Source: Chiloscyllium plagiosum (taxonomy: Eukaryota). Taken from it: DNA of 64,000 nucleotides. Both the position numbers and the translations under genes were made by a program. The notes beneath the pieces are model-generated. The model saw only the letters and a program-made list of their open reading frames with translations. It made no database searches and was not told the origin of the DNA. Each line of letters opens with the position of its first letter. Position 1 is the stretch's first letter. The stretch lies in the NCBI RefSeq assembly GCF_004010195.1, contig NC_057711.1:78401156-78465155 (forward strand). Reading direction: 5' to 3'. This document shows, piece after piece, positions 1 to 13,060 of this stretch.

Positions 1-55
1 ATCCATTGGGATAGGGAGAAGCAAAAAAAGCGTATTATCTAAATCAGGTCTTAAG

Positions 56-462
56 TTTGCTAAGCTGGTCGACTTGTTCTCTGATGTTTTGGTACTATGC
101 TAGGTAACATCACCAGTGACCTCCGAAGTGGTGGTGTTCTGTCCCACTCACTATTTATTAGTCTTGGCTTGTTGTGGTGGGTGATATCATTTTTGGTTCT
201 ACTTTCTGAGAGGTTAGCATTCAAACTAGAACTTCATTAACAAACATATCGATTTGGACCCCATTTACCAACCTCTCAGTAGAACAAAAGTGATATCACC
301 CACTACAACAGACCAAGACAAATAAAAAGTGAGCGGGACAGAACACCAGCGCTCCATCGGAGGGTCACTGATGATGTTACTTAGCATAGTGACGAAACAA
401 CCGAGAACAAATCTATCAGCTCAGTGAGCAAACTTGCAACCTGAGCTACAAATCCTCTCCAA
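56..462. mobile_element. Penelope-like element 3' end/pLTR as an inverted pair, with degenerate hammerhead motifs
   Basis: ~56-217 is the diverged reverse complement of ~268-431. The + arm encodes the GIY-YIG tail (INKHIDLDPIYQPL) and carries TCA-CTGATGA-T-GTTACT..AGTGAC-GAAAC at 365-398 with the cleavage triplet mutated. Same family as 31120-31385. Confidence 0.8.
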
Positions 463-479
463 AATTGGAAATATTATCT

Positions 480-1110
480 AAATGGTGGGAGATTTCCCAT
501 CTCCAAGATGCAGACAGTCCTGGGTGTCCTACTGTATGTGTCACAAAGATTAGAATACAGATACAACAAGTTATCAGGGAAACAAAATGTTACTATTTAT
601 TGCAAAGAATTGTTTTAAAATGTTATGCTTCAGCTATACAGAGCATTAGAACGCCTGGAACACAATATACATCACTGATCCCCTTAAGCAGGGATGTAAA
701 CACATTGGAAGTAGTTAGGAGACAGATTTCCAGACTAATATCTGGAATGGGTAGGCTTTTTTTAATGAAAGAGTTCACAGGCTAGACTTGTATTCACTAA
801 TTCAGGAGAGGCGACTTGTTCTAACATATATCGTGAGAGATCTTGACAAGGATTTAGCTCTTTGAAAAAATCTAGAATGGGGATCAGAATTTAAGACAGA
901 TGAGCAGAATTTGTTTATTCTAAGAGGATTGGAACTAGTTTCCCTAAAATGTAATGGAAGCAGCATTTTGTAATATTTTTAAAGGCAGAAGTAGACAGGT
1001 CCTTGGTGTGCAAGGGACGAAAGTTTATGGGTAGATTAAGGTTGCAATTCGACCAGCTCTGACCTCAAGTGACAGAGCAGGATCAAGCAGCTAAATAGCC
1101 TCTTCCTCCT
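480..1110 (+). mobile_element. Old CR1 LINE 3' fragment
   Basis: Decayed CR1 ORF2 C-terminus (RDVNTLEVVRRQISRLISGM), followed by a CR1-like 3' UTR (gctaaatagcctcttcctcctcct). Confidence 0.7.
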
Positions 1111-1984
1111 CCTAACCAGTGTCTGTATGACCAGGAATAGTTTTCTCTCTTCTGCATGTCTTAAGTTCAAGAACTGGTCTCCAAAAAGAACTCTTTGATT
1201 TTGAAACATCACTCAAATCCTATTCCTTACATCTAAACTAACTGCAGCTGCAATTGAAAAACAAAATAGTGCAAGTTTCACATGTTTGTCAATGTTTAGC
1301 GTTTTATTTATAATAGTTATGTGGAAGCAGCAGTTACCCAACATTACAACAGATGTATCAGGAAATTGCAACATGTTCTACAAAGCCATTTTCAGTCAAT
1401 TACTTTAAACTAGTTCAAAGAATAAAAAGTATCTGATTAGACACAAAATAAAACTCATTTTTGCCTTGGATTTTACAAGTCATGACTGCGAGTGATATGC
1501 ATCCTACCAAAATAAAAATGCTAATTTTGGTTTCACGCAACTCATCCTGAGAGATTATATTATTTGCAATCAGCACTTAGAAGTCTGAACACAAATTGGA
1601 CTTTAAATTATTGGTGTTTAAATGGTCTAATGAATTAGGTCCAATATTCATTTTTAACAACCACTTATATTCATGGAATTGCCTTGAATAGGATAATTCT
1701 CTCGTACAAAGGGTTCTTGCAATGGCAAATATACATTCAAAACTCACCATCTTGCATACACAGTTGTTATAAAGTGGAGACTGCTCTGGCCACTAAAGTC
1801 ATTGGTCATCCAACAGATGAACTCAGTTCAGCAAGGCAATACAAAATACTAAAACAGTATAGTGAACTGTGTAAGCATCCACAAATGGTTGACATATATG
1901 AGTCAAGAAGATTAAACTATAATGAAGACAACAGCTACATTCTCATGCCTTTACTATCACTTGCACTCAGTTAGACAAGAGGAA

Positions 1985-2350
1985 AAAAAAAGCCCTTCAG
2001 CCCATCAAATCTGTGATCAAAAATAAACAAACAACATGCTCTTCTAAACCCATTTTCCAGCATGTGGTCCATAGCACTATATGCCTAGGCATCACAAAAG
2101 CACACCTAAATACTTTATAGTTTGAGAATTTTTGCCTCTATTACCCTGACAAGCTGTGCACTCCAGATTCCCAAAATCCTATGGGTGAAAATATTTTTCT
2201 TCCTCTCTGCAAAACTTCCTACCCCAACCTTAAAACTATGCCTCCAGTCATTGATCACGCCCCAAAGGGGAAAAACTTCCTTCCCTTGATTCTACTATTC
2301 AAGTGTGGTGATATTTAACTACTCATAATCCTCTACCCAACTCTTCTCTG
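1985..2350 (-). mobile_element. Old CR1 LINE 3' fragment
   Basis: Reverse complement resembles the CR1 3' end seen at 60900-61300 (cccttcagcccatc...ccagattccca...cctatgggtgaaaat). Confidence 0.55.
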
Positions 2351-2597
2351 TTGGAAGTGTACTGTATACAATGTTTCAACCAGGGTTCACAAAAGTCATT
2401 CACGGTCTAATCATTATCATGCAGTTACGAATTTTAACCTTTTACATGTGCATTGTTATAGTTTCTAATTTTCCTCTATCGTAAATATCAGCACAAATGA
2501 CTCAAACCAAATTACTGATTTTCAAAAGCACAAAAAGAGATGGATAAATTAGTATTTTAGAAAGAAGCTGCTGCATACTACAGCATGTGACAGACAG

Positions 2598-4340
2598 AGC
2601 TAAGCTCTGCAAGTCTTGCCACATCCAGTTGGGAATAGTGGTGAACAATTAACTTACTGGAGGTGGCAGCTCCACAATTATCCCATCCTCAATGATGGAA
2701 AACCCAACTGATCAGTGCAAAAGATAAGGCTGAAGCACTCACAGCAATCTTCAACCAGAAGTGGATGATCAATCTTGGCCTCCTCCAGTGGTCTTCAGCA
2801 TCACAGATTCCTGTCTTCGGCCAATTCGATTCACTCCACTTAATATCAAGAAACAGCTTAGTGGCACAATGGCTCAGTGGTTAGCACTGCTGCCTCACAG
2901 TGCCAGGGACCCAGGTTAGATTCCAGCCTCAGGTTTGTGCGAGTTTCCTCCCACAATCTAAGAATGTGCAGGTTAGGTGAATTGGCCATGCAAAATTGTC
3001 CACGGTGTTCAGGATATGTAGGTTGGATGGGTTATTCTTCCAATGGTCAGTGCGGACTACTTGGGCCGATGGACCTGTTTCCCCACTGTAGGGAATCTAT
3101 AGCTGGAAGCACTGGACATTGCGAAGGTTATGGGTCCTGACAACATTCCAACGATAGTACTGAAGACTTGAGCTCTAGGAGTTGCTGCCTCCCTAGCCAA
3201 GCTTTCCAATACAGTTACAACACTGGCAGCTACCTGACACAATGTAAAAAATGCTCAGCTATATCCTACACACAAAAAAAAGGACAAATCCCACTCAGCC
3301 AATTACTGCCCTATCAGTTTATCCTTTATCTTCAGTAAAGTGATGGAAGGAAGCAGCACCTGCTCAGTAATGTCCAGTCTGGATTCCACGAGGGCTCCTC
3401 AGCTCCTGACCTCATAACAACCTTGGTTCAAACACCATCAAAAGAGCTGAATTCCAGATATGAGGGGAGAATGAGAGCAGTTAGCATCAAGGAGCCCTCG
3501 CAAATTGGAATCAATGGCTACCAGCTGGTTAGAATCATATCTGCATATAGGATGATGATCATGGTTGTTGGAGGTCAGTCATCTCAGCTCCATGATTTTC
3601 TCAGGGTAGTATCCTAGACCCAAACATCTTCAGGTGCTTCATCAATGACCTTCCCTCCATTATAAGTGGCGACTTTCATTCCAGCTGTGGTAACGCAGCA
3701 AAGGGGACAAATGCCTGACTACCAGGTCCATGGTCTATGACGAAGCACTTAACAAGGAGGACTATAAAGTTAGACATTTCCTTTGTTTCTTCTTTTTCCA
3801 CCTTTATATTCAACGTTTTGGCTTATTTCCCTGTGTTTTAAGACGGTGCCAGAGTGTGTCGACATTACATAACACTTTTCACTGTTGTTTATAAGAGTGT
3901 GACCGAATACTCCCCAATTGGTTGTGCAACTCCAACAGTCAAGAAGCTTAATATCATCCAGCACAAAGCAGCCCATTTGATTGACATTATGCCCACAAAC
4001 ATTCATTCCCTCCATTACGCAACAGCAGCATTGTGTACTATCTATACGATCCTTAGAGAGCACTTCCCAATCTCTCAACCACTTCCATACAGGACAAGGG
4101 TAGCCGATGCATGGAACACCACACCTTGCCATTTCTGCTCTCAGTCCTGACTTGGAAATACATCTCCATTCCTTCACTGTCACTGGATCAAAATCCAGAC
4201 ACTCCCTTCCTCAGGGCATTGTGGGTTAACCTACAGCACATGGATTGCAGCAGTTCAAGGAGGCAGCTCACCATCACTTTAAGGGCAATTAAGGATAGGC
4301 AATAAATGCTGAACAGACAGCAATTCCCACATCCCATAAC
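2598..4340 (+). mobile_element. CR1-clade LINE family B, RT and 3' fragment, interrupted by a SINE
   Basis: Decayed RT-region peptides (ISAKDKAEAL..., KVMGPDNIPTIVLK, KKDKSHSANYCPISL..SKVMEG, KKLNIIQHKAAHLI) and a 3' tail cagcagttcaag..gcagctcacc..gggcaatta..ggcaataaatgct. Confidence 0.8.
2862..3100 (+). mobile_element. HE1-type V-SINE (tRNA-derived), internally deleted
   Basis: A-box head tggctcagtggttagcactgctgcctcacag, part of the V-domain, tail ctgtagggaatcta. Splits the LINE at aaacagct|ggaagc. Confidence 0.85.
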
Positions 4341-6107
4341 AGAACATATCTGCTAAGTTAACACTCACTCTCCACAGACGTTTGCATAATCTACTGAGTA
4401 TTTCCACTGTTTTCTGTTTTCATATCTTCAACTTAACATGTAGGGATTCCATGATTCTACATCGGGTTGCAAATTTGTTTTCAGTCTCAACTGAAACACA
4501 TACCAGATAAAGTTTTACTTGCCAAATGAATAAGTAGTATATTTTTCTTCTTCCTTTCTACAAAATTTCACTCCACAAACCCTGTTTCTTTATTTTTTGT
4601 CTGGATATCTTATTCTGTTTCCATTAGCACAAACTGCTGATTTACAACTGAAAGGGCTTGGCATTGAGTTAACTGAACGAACTGCTACATTTGATGTATT
4701 TATGGAATGTTGAAATGCATACAATACTCAATTTAAGAAAGAGGCGTCAGAACAATGTTGTTCTAAGAACATGAAGCATATGACAGACTTTTCCAGTCTC
4801 CCAAAGCATGGGTTAGCATCATACCTAAACCTTTGCAATAAGGCCCATTGCATGCGAAATCAATTGTTTCTTGACATTGCGTTGGGCCAAAATAGTATTG
4901 CTACTCAGTACTTTAATTCACTTCTCCAAACTTTTCTCAACAAACCACATCCCATTCCCAGATTCTCTTTTCCCTTGTTTGAGTCCGGTGGAGCAAATGT
5001 GTTAGCTAAACTGGCAGGAGCTTGGAATAATATACAGCAACTCAAGTATTGCTGGAAAAAAAAACACATTTTATCAAACCAAATGACACTACAAATGTTA
5101 ATAATGCTCCACATTTTCTGGTCTCTGCATTCAAAACCTACGCTCACTTCACTTGCGTAGGATAGATACTGTTACCATCTGTTTGGCTACTTGGTATGCT
5201 ACTCTTTACACCATAGAGCTTTTTTAGCTGTATTGCCAAGTTCCTGAAGTCAATCTAACACTTTATTCAACCTACATGTGCTCTTTTTTAATGGCATCGA
5301 AGAAGCTGCACATTCCTTTCATCCGAGCTGGCACCTGATCAATGTCACGAGAGAATACTGAGGAAGCAGTACAGACCTGAACTGGTCACCTTTGCTATTG
5401 GTGTAATTTGGTGTATGAAAGGTAAGGAGTTTCTTGCTCATCTCAGTTAATTCTGATTGGAAAAACAATTTTCACCAGTAGACAAATGCTCATTTTTAAT
5501 CTCTTTATTTATTGTTTATTCAATATTCACCATTTCCTACCAATTCTCTCACGCGTCAAGTCTCCTTCCAACTCAACTTATTGTCCTCACTGAAAGCCTC
5601 GGCCTGCATTTATTCTTCTTTAGGTCTTCCACGTGTACGTCTCTCAGGTTGATATCCACGTCTAGGGCATATCCGCAGCAGGAAGTTTCTTTCCTTTGAG
5701 AATCCAATCTGCTACAGTCCCACTTGTTATTTGATGGAATGCAATTAATTTTTAGTCACACCATTATAAGAATCCAGAATCACAGTTTAGCAAACTCAGG
5801 ATCCACTATGTTCAAAAATTATCTATTGCTGTTTGCTATTAAATTTTTCCTATGGCAGCTAATTTAAATGTAAACATTGTACCAACACCTTCAAGTTTCC
5901 CTCCTAGTCACACACCACCTTGGCATGGAATAGTATTGCTATTTCTTCACTGCAGCTCCTAATGAAGGTCAACCTCCTAATGAAGCACAACAGGTTAGGT
6001 CTAACTGCACAATATGCTAATGAGACTATCATTACAGTGATGCAACAGCACATGATCTTGCTCTCTTCAGCTCTGTGGCCAGATGAAGCCAAAGTTAAGC
6101 AGCTTCT

Positions 6108-6200
6108 GAAAGTAAATGGCTTCCCTCCCTTTGCAGACTCTAAATATTCTTCAATATGACAGTGAGACCAAGAATATATATCTAACAAAGCTCTAGTATT
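6108..6200 (+). repeat. 93-bp exact direct repeat, copy 1 (copy 2 at 6689-6781)
   Basis: gaaagtaaatggc...ctctagtatt is identical at both positions. Confidence 0.95.
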
Positions 6201-6781
6201 CCTATATCACACCAACTGCATCATTTTAAGAGGCCACTCACCACTATCTTCTCCATAGGCAATTAGGAATGGAGAACACCACTCAAACCCCATGAAAAAA
6301 ATAAACAAACTAATGAAGGCTTGGTGTTTGTTTACTATAAGGTTTTGCACTGCCAGTAAGAAACTGCTGCTTTATTAGAAGCTAACAGTGGTCTGTCTTA
6401 CTTATACAGAATACCTGAAAACTAGCTAAGCTATGATGTAGGCCATGTCTTTGTAGGTTTAATTAAGACAGTACAGTGCGAGGTATCTGTTTGACTTCAT
6501 GATATAAAGTTCCTGAAATGTTTTTTATTTAAAAACTACAATGCCATGCAAGCACTTTGAGAAAGGAACGTATAAAATAAAATCTCTACATGGTGTTTTG
6601 AGAATTATTATTTAATATTAGGAAGTGGACTTCGGAATACAGTCATTAGGAAGCGTTCTTGATTGCTCATCCAGAGGAATAATATACAGAAAGTAAATGG
6701 CTTCCCTCCCTTTGCAGACTCTAAATATTCTTCAATATGACAGTGAGACCAAGAATATATATCTAACAAAGCTCTAGTATT

Positions 6782-7100
6782 GGGCGGCACGGTGGCACAG
6801 TGGTTAGCACTGCTGCCTCACAGCGCCTGAGACCCGGGTTCAATTCCCGCCTCAGGCGACTGACTGTGTGGAGTTTGCACATTCTCCCCGTGTCTGCGTG
6901 GGTTTCCTCCGGGTGCTCCGGTTTCCTCCCACAGTCCAAAAGATGTGCAGGGTCAGGTGAATTGGCCAAGCTAAATTGCCCGTAGTGTTAGGTAAGGGGT
7001 AAATGTAGGGGTATGGGTGGGTTTCGCTTCGGCGGGTCGGTGTGGACTTGTTGGGCCGAAGGGCCTGTTTCCACACTGTAATGTAATGTAATCTAATCTA
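6782..7100 (+). mobile_element. Young full-length HE1-type V-SINE
   Basis: GGGCGGCACGGTGGCACAGTGG (A box), GGTTCAATTCC (B box), V-domain GTGTGGAGTTTGCACATTCTCCCCGTGTCTGCGTGGG, CR1-derived tail with (gtaat/ctaat)n. CpGs are retained. Confidence 0.95.
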
Positions 7101-8489
7101 AGAAGTGTATATTAAAACAAAAACAATTTGCTGTACAATTTATATTTATTAGCTTTACCTCTTTAGAGGGTCTGACACAACTAAAGTCTACTGACAGTTC
7201 AGTCAAGTGCTTAAAAATGCACTGATCCTAAAATATTGAAATCAACATCTCAGGGCTTATTAACTATTGTAAATGTAGTTACAAAATGCAATATATAACT
7301 TAGAAGACAGGAAGATATAACTCCTGATACTTTATACACAATCCCAACTGTTCAGACATTGAACACTGAACCTTCTCTCATGTACAGTTTTAGGTACAAA
7401 ATTTCTTCCAAACTATTTTTATTTTTAGCCTTCCTGAAGCAATATCACTCAAAACACATTTTGAAAAAAACCCAACATGAACATGGACAAGTGGAAGAAA
7501 ACTGCCATCATTAAACAATACTGAGGCATAATCAGCATAAGTCAAGGTAGAGAGAATTTGGACATATTTTCAGACATAGGTTTTGTTTTCTTAGTGACAC
7601 TGAATAGGAGACGATGTAAAATGATGCAGATGTGTCTTAAAGTAGAACTGTATTTTTTTTTCCCCATAGTTAAACATATCAGCCTCATCTGGTAGAAGTT
7701 ACATAATATAAAGTGCATATCCTACTCAGTACGGAGATTATTTATTACTTGGAATAAGTGGGTTTGAAATGAAAAGTGTGTTTATAATTTGAAATATTAT
7801 TAAACTCTATTATGAACTCACAAGAAACAGCCTTTCTTCTACTGGGCTGTTAATGAACTGACTAAGATGGATGCCTGATGATAGAGGTCACATGACTACA
7901 ATGAGCCAAGAGGCACATTCGTACACTATTGCATTTCTATCTCAAATGAACTCAGCACCGAGTCCAGGAGGCTGGAAAGTGCTGAATTGCAAGCTTAGGC
8001 ACTATTCTTGAAGGCTGAAAACTCAAGTTGTGTTCCTTGAAATTTAGAAGGTTAAGGGACACTTTGCCCACATTTCTCAGGGTATTACAGGGAACTGATA
8101 CAGAATCAGACAAAGTGCTTCATGGTTTGCAGAGTCCAGTATGAGGAGGAATAATAATATATAAATTTGAGAGCACTTTTCAAGCTGAAATTAAAATGCA
8201 TTTTGACAACCACAGGTGATTGAAGTTCAGCATTTTCTTCAGAAAGAGGCATTTGATGCTAGATTAATGATAAATATAAATCTTAGATTCACGGACTTTT
8301 ATTAATCAAAACTAATGAGAGATTTGGAGCAAAGTCTGATAACTAGAAGTTGGCTTGGAGATCAATCCATTCCTATTCTGATGATACCTATACAATTTTG
8401 TTACCTCCTCCAGCAAAAATTTTAAGTCATGCCCTCAAAATTTTGATATTACATGTACATAAATTAACACAGTCAAATATTCCAGCACA

Positions 8490-9140
8490 CTCTTAACTTG
8501 AGCCTTGTAGTTAGTTGACAGATTTGCAGATGTGAGTTATTCACGACAGAATTCACAATCTCATACTTGCTTTTATGGCCACAGTTTTAACATGACCGGT
8601 CCAATTCCATGTTTGGTCAATAGCAACCCCAGAATGTTCAGCGATGGTAATACCATTGAATTTAAATGGGAGATAATTATTGCCTGGCTTTTTTATGGTG
8701 TGAATATTACTTTCCAAGTTGACATTGAAAATCTGGTCATTGATGATACAGCTGAAGATGATTGGGCTCAGAACATTAACCATGAAGAGTTTCCACAGGG
8801 GTGTTTTGGAACAGAGGTTCATTCCAAATTTCTTCAATCTTTCCACTCCCATCCCAATACCAGTTTTGCTACAGCCCCCTAATGTTATAATGTCTTGATT
8901 TTGAAGAAAGTAATTTTCAACTCATCTCCAGGTTTCGATAATTTTGACCATTTTAAAGACCAGAACTGTAATGAGGTCAATCGCTGATCAGCCTTGATGG
9001 AAACCAAATGGAACATCAATTTGCATGCTATTCTGAAATAAGCGCCACTTAATAACAATGCTGAAATTACTTCCATGACTTTGCTGATGACCAAAAGGAC
9101 ATTGAAGGGATGGTATGTGTTCTGCTTCTTGTGAGTGGAA
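8490..9140 (-). mobile_element. CR1-clade family B fragment
   Basis: ORF 8553..8852 (GVAIDQTWNWTGHVKTVA) and 8885..9094 (VISKVME) are RT-region remnants. Confidence 0.65.
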
Positions 9141-10158
9141 TGAATGGCAAAGATTTTCGGTAAGACGGGATTTGGAAAGTTTTAAAAACCAACAAAAGAT
9201 GACCAAAACAAGAATAGAGGGGCAGAAAATAAACTGCGAGGGTCATCCTGCATGTAATATCAAGATGGACAGCGAATGTATAAAAAGGAAGAAGCTAAAG
9301 TCAACGTAGGTCCCTTAAAGAATGAACCTGGAGAAATAATACTGGGGAACCAGGAAATTGAAATGGAGTTGAATAAATGCTTTGCATCAGTCCTCACAAT
9401 AGAAGACACGAATAACATACCAATAACACTAGATATTCAAGCGGCAGAAAGGAGAGGAAACAAAACAAATAGCAATGAGTAGAGTAAAAGGAGTTTGGCA
9501 AACTATGAGGAATAAAGACCAATATGTTTCCCGGATCTGATGGGATACATTCTAGGAATTTGAAAGAAGTAGCTACAGAAATAATGGATGCACAGGAAGT
9601 AACCTTCCAGGATTAGAGAACTGCCAATGTAACACGCTTATTTAAAAAGGGAAGGAGACAAAAAGAACAGGCAACTATTGGTGAGTTAGCTTCATGTCTG
9701 TTATTGGGAAAATGTTAGAGTCTAATATAAAGGATATATTGGCAGAGCATTTAGAAATATATAATTTGGTTAAGCAAAGTCAGTATGACTTCACGAAAGG
9801 AAAATCACACCTAACAACTTTCCTAGAAATCTTTGAGATGGTAACAAGCAAGAGAAATAAAGAGAAAGCTGTGGATATACTGTATTTAGATTTTCAGAAG
9901 GCATTTGAAAAAGGTACCCCAAATCAGGCTACTTAGTAAGATAAATCCTCAAGGTATTGAAGGTAATACATTCACACAGAGGATTGGTTAACTGATAGAA
10001 GACAGAGTTGGGATAAGAGGATCATTTTCAGGATGGCAACCTGTAACTAGTGGTGGGCCACAGGGATTAGTACTGGGGCCATTATACACAATATATATTA
10101 ATGACTTGGATGAGGAATTGAAGTACGATTGCCAAGTTTGCAGGTGACACAAAAACAG

Positions 10159-10627
10159 TAGGAGAAAGTGAGGACTGCAGATGCTGGGGATCAGAGCTTA
10201 AAAATGTGTTGCTGGATAAGCGCAGCAGGTCAGGCAGCATCAAAGGAGAAGGAGAATCGACATTTCGGGCATAAGCCCTACTTCAGGAATCTTTTTTCTT
10301 GTAGACAGGTGCTGTGGAAGGAGATGTGGCTATGGTAGCGAGTCTGTTGAAGACGTGGCTCAAGAGCTTCAGGGCAGATGAGATGACCTGGGGGGTGCAG
10401 TGAGAGAAGGACTCACTGAGACCCTTGTAGAGGGAGGTGGAGAGCTTCTTCAAGGAAGGCATCCTTGCAAGAGAATTCGCAGTAGGTTAAAATCAACTAG
10501 GAGAAAGTGAGGACTGCAGATGCTGAGGATCAGAGCTTAAAAACGTGTTGCTGGAAAAGCACAGGTCAGGCAGCATCAAAGGGGAAGGAGAATCGACGTT
10601 TCAGGCATAAGCCCTTCTTCAGGAATC
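10159..10627 (-). mobile_element. Penelope partial tandem: pLTR - ORF 5' segment - pLTR, each repeat starting with a hammerhead motif
   Basis: ~130-bp direct repeats at 10159-10291 and 10498-10627. The spacer encodes a PLE-like peptide (QTRYHSHISFHSTCL). Minus-strand CTGAAGA-A-GGGC..GCCT-GAAACGTC and CTGAAGT-A-GGGC..GCCC-GAAATGTC. Confidence 0.85.
10590..10627 (-). ncRNA. Minimal type-I hammerhead ribozyme motif (family 1), intact core
   Basis: GATTC-CTGAAGA-A-GGGCTTATGCCT-GAAA-C-GTC-GATTC. Stem II closes with a G-U pair; stem I has a U.U mismatch. Confidence 0.6.
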
Positions 10628-10840
10628 ATGTAGCGAGGCTGAAACAAAGACTTTGCAGAGGTTAGAGACAGGTTAAGAAAATGCACAAAACTCTGGCTAG
10701 TTCAATATAAGGGAAAAATATATGAGGTCATGCACTTTGGCAGAAGAACAGGGGAGTTGAATATTATTTACATCCAGAAAGCTATGGAACAGAGTGATTT
10801 AGAAGCCCTCATCACAAAAAGTTAACATCTATGTCGAGAA

Positions 10841-11181
10841 TGGCACAATGGCTCAGTGGTTAGCATTGCTGCCTTACAGCATCAGGGACTGAGTTAGATT
10901 CCAACTTTGGGTGACTGTCTGTGTGGAGTTTGCATGTTCTACCTATGTCTGTGTGTGTTTTTCTTCCAGATGGTCCAGTCCAAATCAAAAAATGTGCAGG
11001 TTAGGTTAACTGGCAATGCTAAATTGCATGTAGTGCCCATGGATGTGCAGATTAGTTGGATTAGCCATGGTTAATGTGGGATTACAGGGATAGGGTGGGA
11101 GAAGATCTGGGTGGGATGCTCATTAGAGGGTTGATGCAGACTCAATGGGCTGAATGGCATCTATACGCCAATGATTCTATG
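10841..11181 (+). mobile_element. HE1-type V-SINE nested in CR1
   Basis: tRNA-like head, V-domain, tail gattctatg; possible short TSD tctatg. Confidence 0.9.
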
Positions 11182-12059
11182 CTCAGCAGGCAACAGGGAA
11201 GGCAAATGGAATGCTGGCCTTTATTTCAAAGGGAATGGAGTACAAAAGTAGAGAGGCTTTACTAAACTATACACAGCTGGAAAACTGTTCACAGTTTTGG
11301 GCCCCTTACCAAAAGAAAAAATATACTGGCATTGGAGGAAATCCAGAGAAGCTTCACTAGGCTGACGCTGGGTATATAGGGGCTATCTTACGAGTAGATT
11401 GGGCTTGTACTTGTTAGAATATAGCCCAATGAAAAGCGACCTTCATGAAACATACAAGATTCACAAGGTAGATGCAGAAAGGTTGCTTCTCTTTGTGGGA
11501 GAGTCTAAGACCAGACGGCAGATTGCCAGGACAAGGGAGTCACACATTAAACGCAGAGGAGGAATTTCTTCTAGCAGAGAATAGTGAATCTGTGAAATTA
11601 TTTACTGCAGAGAGCTGTGGAGGTTGGGTCATTAAGTATATTCAAAGGCTAACATAAACAGATTTCTAAGCATTCAGTGAATCAAGAGTTATGGAGAAGA
11701 GGCAAGAAAGTGGACTTGATTATTGTCAGATCAACCACGATCTCCCTGAAGGTTAGAACAAAGTCAATGGGCTGACTGGTCTACTTCTCTTCCTATATTT
11801 TATGGTCTTAAATATCCACATTGCTGGATAAATGCCCATGTCACAGCTTTATTGGAACAGTTTACCTAGAGTTGCAGCAAATGAGCATGACAGAGGAAGA
11901 GCATTACAGACAGCAAGTCAACCAAAGGCATTACCTGATAAACTGAGAATGAGAAAAGTGCTGAACAGGTGCTAACAGGAAGCATGAATAGATGAAAGCG
12001 GCTGTGACGGAAGCAACTCATATCAGACAGGACCTGTGGTGTGGTGTGGATAATGAGCA

Positions 12060-13060
12060 TGGATGAGAGTGTTCATGTTTGAAATTGTTAAACTCAACAA
12101 TGTGTCCTAAAGGCTCGCTGGAGCATGAGAGCAGGCTTGAATAGAAATGTTGGCATGGGACAACGGTGCTGTGTTGAAATGGCAGGTGACTGGAAGATCA
12201 GGGTCATTTTTATGGACAGAGCAGAGGCATCCTGTGAAGTAATCATCCCAATCTGCATCTTGTTTCCCCAATGTATAGGAAGCAGCATTGGCAGCAGTGA
12301 ATGCAGTAGACTGAAACAAGTGCAGGTAAATTATTACTTGACCTTGATGCTGTGCTTACAGCCTTAGATATCAAGGAAGGAGGAGGTAAACAGGCAAGTG
12401 TTGCACCCTCTATCAGGGAATCCTCGGTTCAGGAAAAAGATACGTCCAAAACCCCTTGCAGAAAGTGTCATCAGGATAGGTGTGATGATGAGGGAGAAAT
12501 TGGGAGAATGGAATGGAGTCCTTACAAGAAGCAGGGTGCGAGAATGTATAGTCAAGATGACTGTAGAGTTGGTGGATTTGTAATGCATGTCGACAGCCAG
12601 CCTATCCCCAGAAATGGAAACAGATGTTGGCCAAGGGGAAACTGGAGTCAGAAATTAACTAATCGAAGGATAGAAACTGGAAGCAAAATTAATCAATTTC
12701 CAGTTGTGGATGAGAGAGGGAAGTAGTACTGATAATGTCATTGATGGACTGGAGAAAGAGTTGGAGAAGGGACACAAGTAGGATTAGAACAATGCATGTT
12801 CTATGTAACCCACAAAGAGGCAAGAATAACTGTAAATAACTGTACCCATGGTTTTATTTGAAGAAAGTTACATGAGTTAAAGGAGAAATTATTCAAACTG
12901 GGGACAAACTTGACCAGGAAGATGGCGGTAGATTTTATGCGTTCAGGTTTTTATTCCAGGAAGAAGCAAAGAACCCTCTGAACATCCTGATGGGGGATGG
13001 ACATGTTCAAGGAGTGCACATCCATGGTGATAAGGAGGCAGTCAGAACCAGCCAACGCAA
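12060..13060 (-). mobile_element. Decayed Penelope-like RT/GIY-YIG fragment
   Basis: Minus strand gives GIY-YIG-like CIHC.QC.FLYIGETRCRLG and RT-like NNFSFNS..FLQIK / INDII remnants. Homologous to 47590-49130. Confidence 0.75.

Larger units (their letters stand above)
9140..11810 (+). mobile_element. CR1 (HER1-like) LINE ORF2 fragment, split by a PLE tandem and a SINE
   Basis: RT motifs VIGKMLESNIKD...SQYDFTKGKSHLT...VDILYLDFQKAF, YINDLD, KFAGDTK; continues after 10627 to a CR1 3' UTR (~11790). Confidence 0.9.

Noticed and set aside
4771..5160. 129-aa ORF and a minus-strand acceptor-like site at ~5052
   Set aside because: No recognisable protein, and all minus-strand frames hit stops before a donor site.
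5540..5700. Minus-strand peptide ...PERRTRGRPK.. / EDLKK
   Set aside because: Possibly an RTE 3'-end remnant, but too short and decayed to call. Not a host exon.
6782..6860. tRNA-like A/B boxes
   Set aside because: This is a SINE head, not a tRNA gene; the same applies to the other HE1 copies.
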